Positions 9,374 through 19,800 of a stretch of DNA of 64,000 nt are shown one piece after another. The DNA lies in assembly GCA_963767925.1 (NCBI GenBank), contig CAVYGB010000008.1, positions 1,440,001 to 1,504,000 on the forward strand, in the 5' to 3' direction. Every line of letters starts with the position of its first letter. Positions within the stretch are counted from its first letter, which is position 1. The stretch is from an uncultured delta proteobacterium (GTDB lineage: Bacteria > Myxococcota_A > Polyangia > Fen-1088). The notes below the pieces were generated by a model. That model had not been told where the DNA came from. It ran no database searches and saw nothing but the letters and a program-made list of their open reading frames with translations. A program made the translations under genes and the position numbers.

Positions 9374-11023
9374 ATGCGTCATCGGTCGTTCGTGACCCCA
9401 GCGCGGGTCGCTTTTGTCGTCGCGTTATGGACGTCGCCGGCGCTGGCTGCGGACGAGTTTTCGGGCGCTGACAAGCTGCGCTCGCTCTACTCCGCCGAGT
9501 TCCGCTTCACCCAGGATGGGCTTCCCGTCGTACCGGTCGCTCTGGCGCAAGGGGTCAAGGAGGTCCGCGTCGAGGGGGAGGGTGGCCTGCGGTTGCTGCC
9601 CGAGGGCGATGGCGGTCCGGAGGTGCGCGCCGACGAAGCGTGGCGGGTGCGCACGGAACGGACCACCGCAGCGCGGCTACGTTTCTGGCCGCTGGTCTGG
9701 CGCGGGCGCCCGCAGCAGGGTGCGGAGGCTTCCGCACAGGTCAGGGCCTGGCAGGCACGGGGGATGGAGGCCCGCAGCTTCGAGCAGGGGACTCTGTTCG
9801 CGGTGGCGGGGGAGGTGCTCGACCGGCGGGAGGTGGTGGTGGGGGTGAGCCCCGCTCTCACCTTCGAGGCCGCCGAGAAGACGCTGGAGAAGCTGCGCGC
9901 ATCCAGCCATCCCGGGAGCCGCCCGAGCGGGATCCACACCGAGCTGCTCGATCGACCGCATGGCCTGCTCGAAGCCATCGGCGAGCGCACGCAGGCACGG
10001 GTCCGCAACGAAGGGGTCCTCTGGTTCGCCCCCGTCTCGGACAAGCCACTGCGGATCGAATGGCGGGGGGCGACCGGCAAGGAGAGCGGCCGGGGCCTCT
10101 ATCACGGTCGCATCTACGTCACCATCGATCGCAAGGGGGGCCTCGCGGTTGTCAACGCCGTCCCCGAGAACCAGCTCTTGCACGGCCTGGTGCCGGCCGA
10201 GATCTTCCCCTCCGCGCCCGACGAGGCCCTCAAGGCGCAGGCGGTGGCCGCCCGGGGGGAGCTGCTCGCGAAGATCGGCACCCGCCACCTCGGTGAGCCC
10301 TTCCGCCTGTGCTCGCAGACCCACTGCCAGGTGTATTCGGGAGCAGCCCGGGAGACGCCCCGGACCACCGCCGCGGTCGAGGCCACCCGGGGAGAGATCC
10401 TGTTCGAGGACGGCGGCAAGGAGCTGGTCGACACCGTGTATTCCGCCAACTGCGGCGGTCACAGCGAGCACAACGAGAACGCCTGGCCCGACATGCCGGC
10501 CCTGCGCCCCCTGCGCGGGCATCGCGATGCCGCCTCCGCCCGCGACCCGTTCGCCGAAGGGGTGAGCGACGATCTGGTGCTGAAGTTCATCGAGGAGCCG
10601 CCGCCCGCCTACTGCGGCAGCGCCGTCCGGGGCGGGAGCAAAGATCGCTTTCGCTGGACGGTGACCCGCTCACCCGGCGAGCTCGATGGCCTGCTGGCTT
10701 CGCACCGCCTGGGCCCCCTGCAGCGGATCGAGGTCCTCGAGCGGGGCATCTCGGGCCGCGCCCGCAGCGTCCGCCTGGTGGGCAAGGCCCGCTCGGAGGT
10801 GGTCCGGGGGGAGCTGCGCATCCGCCAGACCTTCGGTGGCCTGCGCAGCTCGCTGTTCGTGGCTGACGTGAAAGACGGAGCCGCCACCTTCCGGGGCGCC
10901 GGCTTCGGCCACGGCGTGGGCATGTGTCAGACCGGCGCCATCGGCATGTCCGAGGCCGGCAAGGCCTACCGGGACATCCTCCGCCACTACTACCTCGGCA
11001 GCTCCATCCGCAAGCTCTGGTAG
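9374..11023 (+). CDS. SpoIID/LytB domain protein (lytic transglycosylase)
   Basis: Signal peptide (..SPALA); GLVPAEIFPSAPDEALKAQAVAAR, CQVYSG, YSANCGGHSE, GAGFGHGVGMCQTGA...ILRHYY. Confidence 0.92.
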   Translation: MRHRSFVTPARVAFVVALWTSPALAADEFSGADKLRSLYSAEFRFTQDGLPVVPVALAQGVKEVRVEGEGGLRLLPEGDGGPEVRADEAWRVRTERTTAARLRFWPLVWRGRPQQGAEASAQVRAWQARGMEARSFEQGTLFAVAGEVLDRREVVVGVSPALTFEAAEKTLEKLRASSHPGSRPSGIHTELLDRPHGLLEAIGERTQARVRNEGVLWFAPVSDKPLRIEWRGATGKESGRGLYHGRIYVTIDRKGGLAVVNAVPENQLLHGLVPAEIFPSAPDEALKAQAVAARGELLAKIGTRHLGEPFRLCSQTHCQVYSGAARETPRTTAAVEATRGEILFEDGGKELVDTVYSANCGGHSEHNENAWPDMPALRPLRGHRDAASARDPFAEGVSDDLVLKFIEEPPPAYCGSAVRGGSKDRFRWTVTRSPGELDGLLASHRLGPLQRIEVLERGISGRARSVRLVGKARSEVVRGELRIRQTFGGLRSSLFVADVKDGAATFRGAGFGHGVGMCQTGAIGMSEAGKAYRDILRHYYLGSSIRKLW

Positions 11024-11053
11024 CCACCGCGTGCGCGACGCTTCGCGGGGGCT

Positions 11054-11080
11054 CGGGACCCTCTCAGGGTCAGGGTCCCG
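11054..11080. terminator. Hairpin between convergent genes, candidate bidirectional terminator
   Basis: Perfect 9-bp inverted repeat CGGGACCCT-(9 nt)-AGGGTCCCG between the SpoIID and TonB stop codons. No U-tract. Confidence 0.45.
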
Positions 11081-11114
11081 GATAGAATGTCTGCGGAGCC
11101 GCCGAGCTTGCTCG

Positions 11115-13130
11115 TCAGTGCCGGACGAGGCCCGTGGCGCGCCAGCCACCGGTGTGCTGGCGAAGGATGAGCACGAAGGTGTCGCCGCCGACGTGACCGA
11201 CGGCGAACAGCAGGCCGGCGCTGTCCTCGAACCCGGTCGGGATGCCGCCGAGGATGCGGCGGGCGCCCGCGGCCGTGTAGATCTGCAGCGCGCGCGCCGC
11301 CCGCTTGGGCGGCGCCTCGGCCACCAGCTCGCGGAAGATCTTGCCGATCTCACCGGCGCTGCGCGCGGCGACCCCCTGGTTCGAGCGGAAGGGCAAACCC
11401 GCCTGCCGCACCATCCGGCTCACGTCCCCCTTGGCATAAGCGTCGAACCATTGCTCGGCCACGCCGCGGGCCGCCGGATCGTCCGAACGCACCACCTGCT
11501 GGACCGCCCGGCGCGAGGCCTCGTGATCGGACTCGGCGTGACCGTGCCCGTCGCCCACCTCGAGCGGCGGCCCTGCCAGGCGCCGCCCGGAACCGCCCAG
11601 GCCGCGCTCGAGCCGGCGCAGACCGCGGTCCTCACTCTTGGATGGCGTTCCGCCTCCGGCCGGGCGACCGGCGGGCGCTCCGGCGGGGTTGGGCACGCCC
11701 GGCGCGACCGCCGACTCCGACTCACCGACGTCGCCGCCCGCGGGCGGGTTGTCAAGGATGTAGTAGTCGACCCCCGAGGTGGCACACTGGCGCTCGTCGC
11801 GGTGGAAGGTCCAGTGGACGTAGATCTTGCCGTTGCGCGAGCGGATGGCCCGGGGCGGATCGGCGTAGGGACCGGCGCTGTACACGACGTCGATGGCCGC
11901 CACGTCGTAGGGCAGGTACCCGGAGGGACGGATCACCGTGACCTTGTCGACCGTACCGTCGCCGTTGAGGACGATCTCCAGCTTGCTGACCAGGCTCCGG
12001 TCGTTGTAGGGGCTGGCGGCCGACTTGGCCTCCAGCTCCTCGAGGAACCCGAAGCCCCAGAGCTCGTGGATGCTCCGGTGCATGCGGGCGATGAAGGCCG
12101 CGAAGGGGGCGGCCCGCGTGTTGAGCGCGGTCTGGTTGCCGGGTCGCACCTCGGGAATGAAGTTCTCCAGCGCCGACTGCACGCGCGCCATCCGACTCTG
12201 GAAGCGGCCTTGCTTCTTCGACTTCTCCTTCTGGGCGAAGCGCTCGGCGGCCTCCGCGTCGTCGCCGAAGACGTATTCGTATTGCTTCGACGACAGGCGC
12301 AGGCTCGGGCGGGCCGACTGACCGCCCCGACCTGGCACGTCTTTCATGCTCTGCAGATCCTCCTCCGGCAGAGGCATCACCCCGTTGGGATCGCGGGGCA
12401 AGGCAGGGTCGACCGTCTCGGGGCTGATCTGATGGCGGCGCTCGGGGGTCTCGCGCATGGAGAGGAGCGACTTCCGGTTGTCCGGCGATCGAGGGAGGCT
12501 CTCCTGCTGGTGGGGGGTCACGTCGGGCGCCCGCCGGCCCAGCTTGGACTTGCGGTCCTCCAGCCGGGCCACCTTGTCCTCCGGATCGCCTTCGTCGGGA
12601 TCGGTCCGCTCCGAGGGGGTCGAGGCGCTCTCCTCGCCCTTCTGCTCGCGCTCTAGGTTGGTCCGCTCGGCCCGGGTCTCCTGCTCCACCCGGTTGTTCT
12701 TCTCGGCGAGGAACTTGGCGTCCGGGGCCGGCTCTTCTTCCTTGTCGATCTCGATGTCGACGCTCTTCTCGTGCAGCTTCTCCTGCTTGGGCGCCGGCGG
12801 GGTAGGGGGGGGTGGTTGCTCGGGGGGCGTCTCGGGCTGCTTTTCGGGAGGCGGCTCGGGCTCGGGGCGCAGGGCCAGCGCCTCCTCCTTCTTCTTCTCT
12901 TCCGGCACGGTAGGCGCCTCGAGGGGTGGCAGGTCCGGCGGCAGGTCGGCCGGGTTGACCTCCTCGAAGGTGAGCTCCACTTGCTGCTCCCGCAGAGCCT
13001 CCTCCCGGCCTCCCAGGACGAAGGCCAGCGTCACCAGGGGGAACAGCAGGCCGACGTGTATGAACAGGGAGGTGAGCGCGCCGCGTCCGAGGTGGCGCGG
13101 GAGGCGCTCCGAACTGCCATCGCTGCTCAC
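11115..13130 (-). CDS. TonB-family / energy transducer protein with an extra C-terminal domain
   Basis: N-terminal TM with S/H motif (TSLFIHVGLL), Pro/Glu-rich linker, TonB_C-like segment (FAAFIARMHRSIHELW...IVLNGDGTVDKVTVIRPSGYLPYDVAAI...GPYADPP). Confidence 0.8.
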   Translation of the reverse strand: MSSDGSSERLPRHLGRGALTSLFIHVGLLFPLVTLAFVLGGREEALREQQVELTFEEVNPADLPPDLPPLEAPTVPEEKKKEEALALRPEPEPPPEKQPETPPEQPPPPTPPAPKQEKLHEKSVDIEIDKEEEPAPDAKFLAEKNNRVEQETRAERTNLEREQKGEESASTPSERTDPDEGDPEDKVARLEDRKSKLGRRAPDVTPHQQESLPRSPDNRKSLLSMRETPERRHQISPETVDPALPRDPNGVMPLPEEDLQSMKDVPGRGGQSARPSLRLSSKQYEYVFGDDAEAAERFAQKEKSKKQGRFQSRMARVQSALENFIPEVRPGNQTALNTRAAPFAAFIARMHRSIHELWGFGFLEELEAKSAASPYNDRSLVSKLEIVLNGDGTVDKVTVIRPSGYLPYDVAAIDVVYSAGPYADPPRAIRSRNGKIYVHWTFHRDERQCATSGVDYYILDNPPAGGDVGESESAVAPGVPNPAGAPAGRPAGGGTPSKSEDRGLRRLERGLGGSGRRLAGPPLEVGDGHGHAESDHEASRRAVQQVVRSDDPAARGVAEQWFDAYAKGDVSRMVRQAGLPFRSNQGVAARSAGEIGKIFRELVAEAPPKRAARALQIYTAAGARRILGGIPTGFEDSAGLLFAVGHVGGDTFVLILRQHTGGWRATGLVRH

Positions 13131-13292
13131 AGCGCTAGCCTACCCCGAACGCCGCTTCAGCGCAGGAGAAGCGGTCCGCGCGAGGGCCCCGCGCCGCGGT
13201 GTTTTGGCGCAAGGTGCTTCCCGGGGTCGGCCCTCGCCCTCGGCCCTCGCCCTCCTCCTCACCTCGGCCGGCGACCCGGCCCGGGAGGGTGC

Positions 13293-13943
13293 TCAACCCA
13301 TCTTGCGGTAGACGCCGATGACGATGCCGAGCAGGTTGACGCTCTTCCAGTCCTTCTTGCGCACGACGATGGGGCGCAGGCTCTGGTTGGCGGGCTCGAA
13401 CCGGATGTTGTCCCCGTCCGGGAAATAACGTTTCACCGTGGCTTCGTCCTCGATCATGGCGACCACGATGTCCCCGGCGTTGGCCTGGAGCTGCTTGCGA
13501 ACGAAGACGAAGTCCCCGTCGAGGATCCCGGCCTCGATCATCGAATCGCCCTTCACCCGCAGGGCGAAGACCTCCCGGTTCTGCCCGACGAAGAACCGAT
13601 CGACCCGGACTGTGTCCTCGTAGTTGCGGACCGCCAGCAAGGGCTGCCCGGCCGCCACCCGGCCGAGGATGGGAATCTCAACCGTCTGTCCCACGGTGTC
13701 GACCGGGCGCAGGGCCCGGGACTTCATGTCCTCGCGCTGCAGGTAGCCCTTCTTCTCGAGGGCGCGCAGGTGATCGTTCACCCCGTTGGTGGACTTGATG
13801 CCGAAGTTGCGGCCGATCTCTCGCAAGGTGGGCGGGTAGCCGCGCTCGCCGATCGATCGGTTGATGAAGGCGAGGATCTCCTTCTGTCGATCGGTGAGCT
13901 GGTCGCGTACGTCTTCGTCGCGAACCAGGGTGAGCTTGCGCAT
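13293..13943 (-). CDS. lexA: SOS repressor LexA
   Basis: LTDRQKEIL...[10 protein letters not shown] wHTH; cleavage site GRVAAG; catalytic GDSM and TVKR. Confidence 0.97.
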   Translation of the reverse strand: MRKLTLVRDEDVRDQLTDRQKEILAFINRSIGERGYPPTLREIGRNFGIKSTNGVNDHLRALEKKGYLQREDMKSRALRPVDTVGQTVEIPILGRVAAGQPLLAVRNYEDTVRVDRFFVGQNREVFALRVKGDSMIEAGILDGDFVFVRKQLQANAGDIVVAMIEDEATVKRYFPDGDNIRFEPANQSLRPIVVRKKDWKSVNLLGIVIGVYRKMG

Positions 13944-13964
13944 GCGGTCTCCCGGCTGGGGTTT

Positions 13965-14000
13965 ACTGAACAAAGGTATGGTACGGAACAGATGTCTGGT
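13965..14000 (-). promoter_or_regulatory. Two tandem LexA (SOS) boxes overlapping the lexA promoter
   Basis: Minus strand reads ACCAGACATCTGTTCCGT-ACCATACCTTTGTTCAGT, an 18-bp direct repeat. Each copy resembles the Myxococcus xanthus box CTRHAMRYBYGTTCAGS; the proximal copy matches 14/17. Confidence 0.75.
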
Positions 14001-14005
14001 GTCAA
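13978..14005 (-). promoter_or_regulatory. sigma70-type promoter of lexA
   Basis: Minus strand TTGACA-N16-TACCAT, 35 nt upstream of the lexA ATG. Confidence 0.65.
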
Positions 14006-14042
14006 GCTTTCGCAGTGCGCCCCCAGACGGACCTGGCTGCCC

Positions 14043-14095
14043 TGACAAATTGGCAGTGATCGCCCCCTTTGCCTTGCTTCAGTGTCAAGATGGCA
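14043..14095. promoter_or_regulatory. Two enhancer-like imperfect palindromes upstream of the sigma54 regulator gene
   Basis: TGACAAATTGGCA (14043-14055) and TGTCAAGATGGCA (14083-14095). The same motif occurs upstream of gspC. Confidence 0.55.
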
Positions 14096-14150
14096 GGGTC
14101 GATGTCAGGAAGGCCGCCGCGAAACTCAGGAAGAACGCGTCGTGACCGCT

Positions 14151-14166
14151 TGGCATCGGTATTGAT
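14151..14166 (+). promoter_or_regulatory. Candidate sigma54 (-24/-12) promoter, variant
   Basis: TGGCATCGGTATTGAT has correct TGGC-N7-TTG spacing but GA instead of GC at -12. It ends 18 nt before ATG 14185. Confidence 0.5.
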
Positions 14167-14184
14167 GACCTGGAAGGAACGGTC

Positions 14185-15711
14185 ATGACGGACGCCACGA
14201 CGACACGGACGCCGCCGCCGGCCTGGCCCGATCGGGCGCCGACGGTGCTGGTGGTGGATGACGAGCCTGGCATCGTCGAGTCTCTGCAGCGGGTGTTCGA
14301 GCGGGAGGGGCTGCGGGCGCTCACCGCCGGCGGCGGGGGCGCGGCCCTCGACATCCTCCGGCGCGAGCCGGTCTCGGTGCTGCTCACCGATCTATTGATG
14401 CCGGGCATGTCGGGCATGGACCTCCTCAAGGCCAGCCGGAGCGTCTCGCCCGAGACCGAGACCATCCTCATGACCGCCTACGGCACCGTCGAAAACGCCG
14501 TCGAGGCGATGAAACAGGGCGCCTACGACTTCGTCACCAAGCCGATCAAGCGGGCCCACGTGGTCCGGGCGGTCCTCAAGGCGCTCGAGAAGCGCACGCT
14601 GGTCCAGGAGAACCGCTCGCTGCGCGAGCAGCTCGCGGCCCAGCAGAAGAAGCGCCTCATCGGACAGTCGCTCACCTGGCGCCGCACCATGGAGACGGTG
14701 ATGCAGGCCGCCCCCTCGGTCGCCACCGTGCTCCTCCTCGGCGAGTCGGGCACCGGCAAGGAGCTGCTGGCCCGGGCCATCCACGAGGCCTCTCCCCGGG
14801 CCGCCGGGCCCTTCATCCCGGTCAACTGCGCGGCGCTGCCCGAGAGCATCCTCGAGGCCGAGCTGTTCGGCTACGAGCGGGGGGCCTTTACCGGCGCGGT
14901 CCAGCGGCACGACGGTCGCTTCCTCCAGGCCAACCAGGGGACCCTGTTCCTCGACGAGATCGGGGAGATCCCGACCCACGTCCAGGTGAAGCTGCTGCGG
15001 GTCCTGCAGGAAGGGGAGGTCGAACGGCTGGGCGGGCGCACCCAGAAGGTCGACCTCCGGCTCGTGGCGGCCACCAACCAGGACCTCCGGACGGCGGTCA
15101 AAGAAGGCCGCTTCCGGGAGGACCTCTATTACCGTCTCAACGTCATCGCGCTGCGCCTGCCGCCCCTGCGGGAGCGGCGCGACGACGTTCCTCTGCTGGC
15201 AGAGCACTTCCTGCGCCAGTATGGCGAGCGCAACGGGCGCCACTTCTCCGGCCTCTCCCGGGCCGCCCTCGACGCCCTCGTCCGCTACGACTGGCCGGGC
15301 AACGTGCGCGAGCTAGAGAACACGGTGGAGCGGGCGGTGGTCCTGGCCCGCGGCGACGTCATCGACGTCGACGATCTGCCGGTCGAGGTGCGCTCGGGGT
15401 CCGCCGCGGGCAGCGACGGAAAGAGCCTCACCATCGCCATCGGCACCCCCCTGTCCGAGATCGAGCGGCGGGTCATCCACGCCACCTTGACCCACGCGGG
15501 CGGGGACAAGCGGCTCTGCGCCCAGTTGCTCGGGATCGCCACCCGGACCATCTATCGACGGCTCGAAGAAGAACGTGGTGGCGAACGGGGCGACGAACGT
15601 GGCGGCGAACGCAGCGACGAGCGGAGCGAGCGGGACGTCGATAGGGACGGCGCGGCCGGTCCGGCCGACGGCGGCGACGTCGATCCCCCCAGCCCGGAAG
15701 CCACGAGCTGA
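14185..15711 (+). CDS. sigma54-dependent two-component response regulator (NtrC family: REC-AAA+-Fis HTH)
   Basis: [52 protein letters not shown] and a C-terminal HTH. Confidence 0.96.
   Translation: MTDATTTRTPPPAWPDRAPTVLVVDDEPGIVESLQRVFEREGLRALTAGGGGAALDILRREPVSVLLTDLLMPGMSGMDLLKASRSVSPETETILMTAYGTVENAVEAMKQGAYDFVTKPIKRAHVVRAVLKALEKRTLVQENRSLREQLAAQQKKRLIGQSLTWRRTMETVMQAAPSVATVLLLGESGTGKELLARAIHEASPRAAGPFIPVNCAALPESILEAELFGYERGAFTGAVQRHDGRFLQANQGTLFLDEIGEIPTHVQVKLLRVLQEGEVERLGGRTQKVDLRLVAATNQDLRTAVKEGRFREDLYYRLNVIALRLPPLRERRDDVPLLAEHFLRQYGERNGRHFSGLSRAALDALVRYDWPGNVRELENTVERAVVLARGDVIDVDDLPVEVRSGSAAGSDGKSLTIAIGTPLSEIERRVIHATLTHAGGDKRLCAQLLGIATRTIYRRLEEERGGERGDERGGERSDERSERDVDRDGAAGPADGGDVDPPSPEATS
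15571..15633 (+). repeat. Degenerate 12-bp coding tandem repeat ([12 protein letters not shown])
   Basis: gaacgtggtggc gaacggggcgac gaacgtggcggc gaacgcagcgac gagcggagcgagcgg in the regulator's C-terminal tail. Confidence 0.7.
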
Positions 15712-15750
15712 GGGCGGCCCCCCCCTGTGGGGCAGGGGCGCGTCAGCCGG

Positions 15751-15763
15751 TGCCAAATTGGCA
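15751..15763. promoter_or_regulatory. Enhancer-like palindrome upstream of the gsp operon
   Basis: TGCCAA-A-TTGGCA, a perfect palindrome around the central base, about 65-75 bp upstream of the -24 box. Confidence 0.6.
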
Positions 15764-15826
15764 AGCGACGAGCCGGGGCCCTGTTCGCAAGTAGCTGGAA
15801 CCTTGGGATAAATTGCTCCGGGCCCC

Positions 15827-15842
15827 TGGCCCCAGGGTTGCT
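15827..15842 (+). promoter_or_regulatory. sigma54 promoter of the T2SS operon
   Basis: TGGCCCCAGGGTTGCT = TGGC-N7-TTGC(T), directly upstream of the gspC start. Confidence 0.75.
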
Positions 15843-15859
15843 CTAGATTGAGGTCGGCC

Positions 15860-16804
15860 GTGGACGCTCTACTACGCAAACACATCTGGATCATCGACCT
15901 GGTTGCGGTCGGGCTGTGCGCCGTCTTTCTGGGACGCGCGGCCGCAAGCGGGTTCGAATACAAGCTCCTGACGGCCGTACCGACCCCCCCGGCGACGCCG
16001 AGGGTGTCCCGGACGCCGGGCGAAACCATTTTTCCCAAGCAGATCGACGCGGTCATCAAGCGGAACATCTTCTGCTCGACCTGCCCGCCGATCGTCGAGG
16101 CGAAGGAAGAAGTGAGCTCGAGCGAAGGCACCACCTATCAGCCGCAGAAGACCTCGCTGCCCCTGCAGCTCCTGGCGGTCAACTTCGCTCCCCCGCCCTG
16201 GGGGTTCCAGCACTCCAGCGTGGTCCTGCGTGACACCGAGACCCGGGAGACCGGCGCGTTCCGGGCCGGCGAGAAGGTCAAGGGCGCCACCATCACTGGC
16301 ATCGACGAGGCCCGCCTGCACCTCGACAACGCCGGCAAGCCCGAGTTTCTCGACCTGCTCGATACCGAGAGCGCGACCCCCACGCCCACCCCGACGCCGG
16401 TGGTGCCGGTGGCCAGCGCGACCCCCACCCCGGGCGGAGACGCGCTGTCGCAGGAGCTGGACCGGGGCATCAAGAAGACCGGTGAGCACACCTACGATAT
16501 CCAGCGCGCTACCCTCGAGTCGGTGCTCGGCAACATGAGCCTGCTCTCCCGCTCGGCCCGCATCGTGCCCGAGATCCGGGACGGCAAGGCGGCGGGCTTC
16601 CGGCTGTACAGCGTCCGACCTGACGGACCCTTCGCCAAGATCGGCATGCAGAACGGAGACGTGATCTCGTCGATCAACGGCCTCGAGATCACCAGCCCGG
16701 AGAAGGCGCTCGAGGTGTACGCCAAGCTCAAATCGGCGAGCCACCTCTCGCTGGGGCTCGAGAGAAACGGTCAGCGCACTACCAAGGACTACACGATCCG
16801 ATGA
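15860..16804 (+). CDS. gspC: Type II secretion protein C (TM, HR domain, PDZ)
   Basis: N-terminal TM, RNIF motif, C-terminal PDZ (ARIVPEIRDGKAAGFRLYSVRPDGPFAKIGMQNGDVISSINGLEI). First gene of the operon. Confidence 0.92.
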   Translation: MDALLRKHIWIIDLVAVGLCAVFLGRAAASGFEYKLLTAVPTPPATPRVSRTPGETIFPKQIDAVIKRNIFCSTCPPIVEAKEEVSSSEGTTYQPQKTSLPLQLLAVNFAPPPWGFQHSSVVLRDTETRETGAFRAGEKVKGATITGIDEARLHLDNAGKPEFLDLLDTESATPTPTPTPVVPVASATPTPGGDALSQELDRGIKKTGEHTYDIQRATLESVLGNMSLLSRSARIVPEIRDGKAAGFRLYSVRPDGPFAKIGMQNGDVISSINGLEITSPEKALEVYAKLKSASHLSLGLERNGQRTTKDYTIR

Positions 16805-19800
16805 AAAAACCATTCGTTGCGAATCTCCTCGCGTATCTCCTGGTCAGCCTGGCGGAGGGTCCTCATGCGATGGCGATGGCACAGGCGCCGTCCCCGCCGG
16901 CGCCCCTGCAGGCCCCTCCGGCCGCGGCGCAGCCGGCCACCCCGCCCGCGACCCAGCCGGCCGCCCCGGCCGCGGTCCAGCCGACGCCTCCTCCCTCACC
17001 GGCCGCCGAGCCACCGGCCAATGCCCAACCTTCGGGGCCGCCCACGCCGCCGCCTGCCCCCAACCCGGCCGGCGCTCCCCCGCCGCCCCCCGCTGGCCAG
17101 CCTCCGGGCGAGCCAGGTGCCACCCCCGGCGTGCGGCGACGGCCCGGCGACGTGATCCGACCCTCCGTGCGACGAACGAGCCGCACCACCCGGCCGGCAG
17201 CGGCCCGACCGGTCACCGCGCCCGGCACGCCGGCCGCGCCGGCTCCCGCCCCCGCCCAGGTGGGTACCCCCGCTCCCGGCAGCACCCCGGCCGGCGCCAC
17301 CGGCGCCTTGCCCGGCGCCTCGCCCTCCACCCCCAACGTGCTCCTGCCGACCGCCAACCCCGAAGGCGTGATGGAGCTCCCCGGGGAGAAGGAGTTCAAC
17401 CAGTGCAAGAAGGTTCCCCCGGGTAAGCGGATCCTCAAGTTCAGCTTCAAGCCCGAGACCGAGATCACCGACCTCATCGGCTGGATCTCGGCCATCAGCT
17501 GCACCCAGTTCCTGATCGGCGGCACGCCGGTCGCTGGCAAGAAGGTCACGGTGATGTCCCCCCAGCTCATCACCCTGGAGGAGGCCTACCGCCTGTTCCT
17601 GGGCGCGCTGGAGTCGGTCAACCTGACCGTCGAGCCGATGGGCAAGTTCCTGCGCATCGTCGACACGAGCCGGGCCCGCTTCTCGAACCTCCCCTTCCAG
17701 AAGAACGGCTCGGTCGACCCCCAGCAGAGCGACAAGCGCTACGTGACCCGGCTGTTCCGCTTCGATCACCTCGACCCGAACGAGGTGATGAACCTGTACA
17801 ACCAGGTGCGCGGTGAGCAGGGCATCGCGGTGGCCTTCCAGGGCTCCCTCATCATCACCGACCAGGCGGTGATGCTCGATCGCTTCGGCGAGATCATCCG
17901 TGAGCTCGACCAGCCCTCGGTCATCAAGGAGAAGATCTGGATGGTCCGGGTGCGGAACACCTCGGCCACCGAGATGGCGGGCCGCCTGGCCGAGATCTTC
18001 GCCGTCCAGCAGATGGGCACCGGAGGACGGCGGGTGGGCGGCGCCCCCGGCATGCCGGTGTCGGCTCCTCCGCCCCCCGCGGCGGGCGCCCGGAGCCCCC
18101 AGACGGTCAAGCGGGTCGATCTGGCCTCGCAGCTCAGCATCACCAAGCTCATCCCCGACGAACGCTCCAATCAGCTCATCGTGGTGGCCAACGAGCAGGC
18201 CTACGAGTGGTTGCTCACCATCATGAAGAAGCTCGACGTGCCCATCGAGGGCGGCGGCGACGGGCGCTTCCACATCTACTACTGCGAGCACGCCAACTGC
18301 GACGAGCTGGCCGCCACGCTGAGCGCGGTCACCGGGGTCTCGGTGATCGGTGGGGTAGGGGCCCGCCGCACGTCCCGGACCTCGGTCCCCGGCGCGCCCG
18401 CCCCGCCCATCGCCCCCAGCCCGACCCAGAACGCCCAGGGCCAGCAGCCCTCCCAGCTCTTCGAGGGGGACGTCCGCGTCACCTTCGACGCCGCCACCAA
18501 CTCGCTGGTGGTCTATTCGTCGCTCAAGGACTTCCAGTCGCTCCGGCGGGTCATCGAGAAGCTCGACGGTCCCCGCAAGCAGGTCTACGTCGAGGCGATG
18601 ATCCTCGAGGTCCTGCTCGACAAGAGCCGGGACATGGGGGTGGCCTACCACGGCGGCAAGGGCCTCAGCGTGGGGGGTTACGACAGCGTGGCCCTGGGCG
18701 GCTTCGACGCGGGCAAGACCCTGAGCCCCGCCTCGCTGGCCGGCGACCTGGTGGGCCTGGCAGGCGCGGTCTTCGGTCCGGCCCTCGAGGCCAGCACCAG
18801 CCGGCTGTTCGGCACCCAGGTGGACATCCCCTCCTTCGGGGCCTTCATCAAGCTCCTGCAGAAGAACAACGACGTCAACGTGCTGTCGACGCCCCACCTC
18901 CTCATCACCAACAACCAGGAGGGTGAGATCTCGGTGGGGCAGCGGCTGCCTTTCCCGGGCGGCTTCCTGGGCGGCTTCGGCGGCGGTATCCCCGGTCAGC
19001 AGGCGGCGGGCGGCCTCGGCGGTCTGCTGGGCGGCACCTCGGTCACCCGCGAGGACGTCTCGCTGCGCATGAAGCTCATCCCCAGCGTCAACGAGTACAA
19101 CATGATCCGGCTCGACGTCGACGTGGAGATCTCCGACCTGGCCTCCCCGAACTTCAACGGGCTGGGGCCCGCCACCACCAAGCGCACGGCCAAGACGCCG
19201 GTGGTGTGCAAGGACCAGCAGACGGTGGTCATCGGCGGCCTCATGTCGGATCGCCAGTCCGACACCGTCTCCAAGATCCCGGTCCTGGGCGACATCCCCG
19301 TGCTGGGCTTCTTCTTCCGCAACACCTCCAAGCAGCTCGTCAAATCCAACATCATCATCGCCCTCACCCCCTACGTGATCAACGACATGGAGGATCTGCG
19401 CCGGGTGGCGGAGAAGAAGATGCGCGAGCGCCGCGAGTTCATCGAGCGCTTCAGCGCGGTCGAGGACAAGGCCGACTTCGACGCCTCGATCGACTACCGG
19501 CGCAAGCGGGGCATGCTCGAGGAGATCAACCGGGCCGCCCGGGAGATCGACGACGAGGAGGCCGCCCTGCGGGTCATCCGCGAGCGCGAGCTGCAGGACG
19601 AGTCGACGCCGATCGAGCCGCCGGGCCAGGGACGGCCCCGCGCCGGCGAGCCGGGGGGACCGGCGGGCACCACCACCCCCGCCTCCAGCAAGGAGCCGGT
19701 CAAGCCGGAGCCACCCGTCCCCGCCGCCACCGAGCAGCCGGCGCCCGCCCCCCAGGCCGCCCCGGTCAAGCCGCCCGCGCCCGCCGGCGACCGGCGGGAG

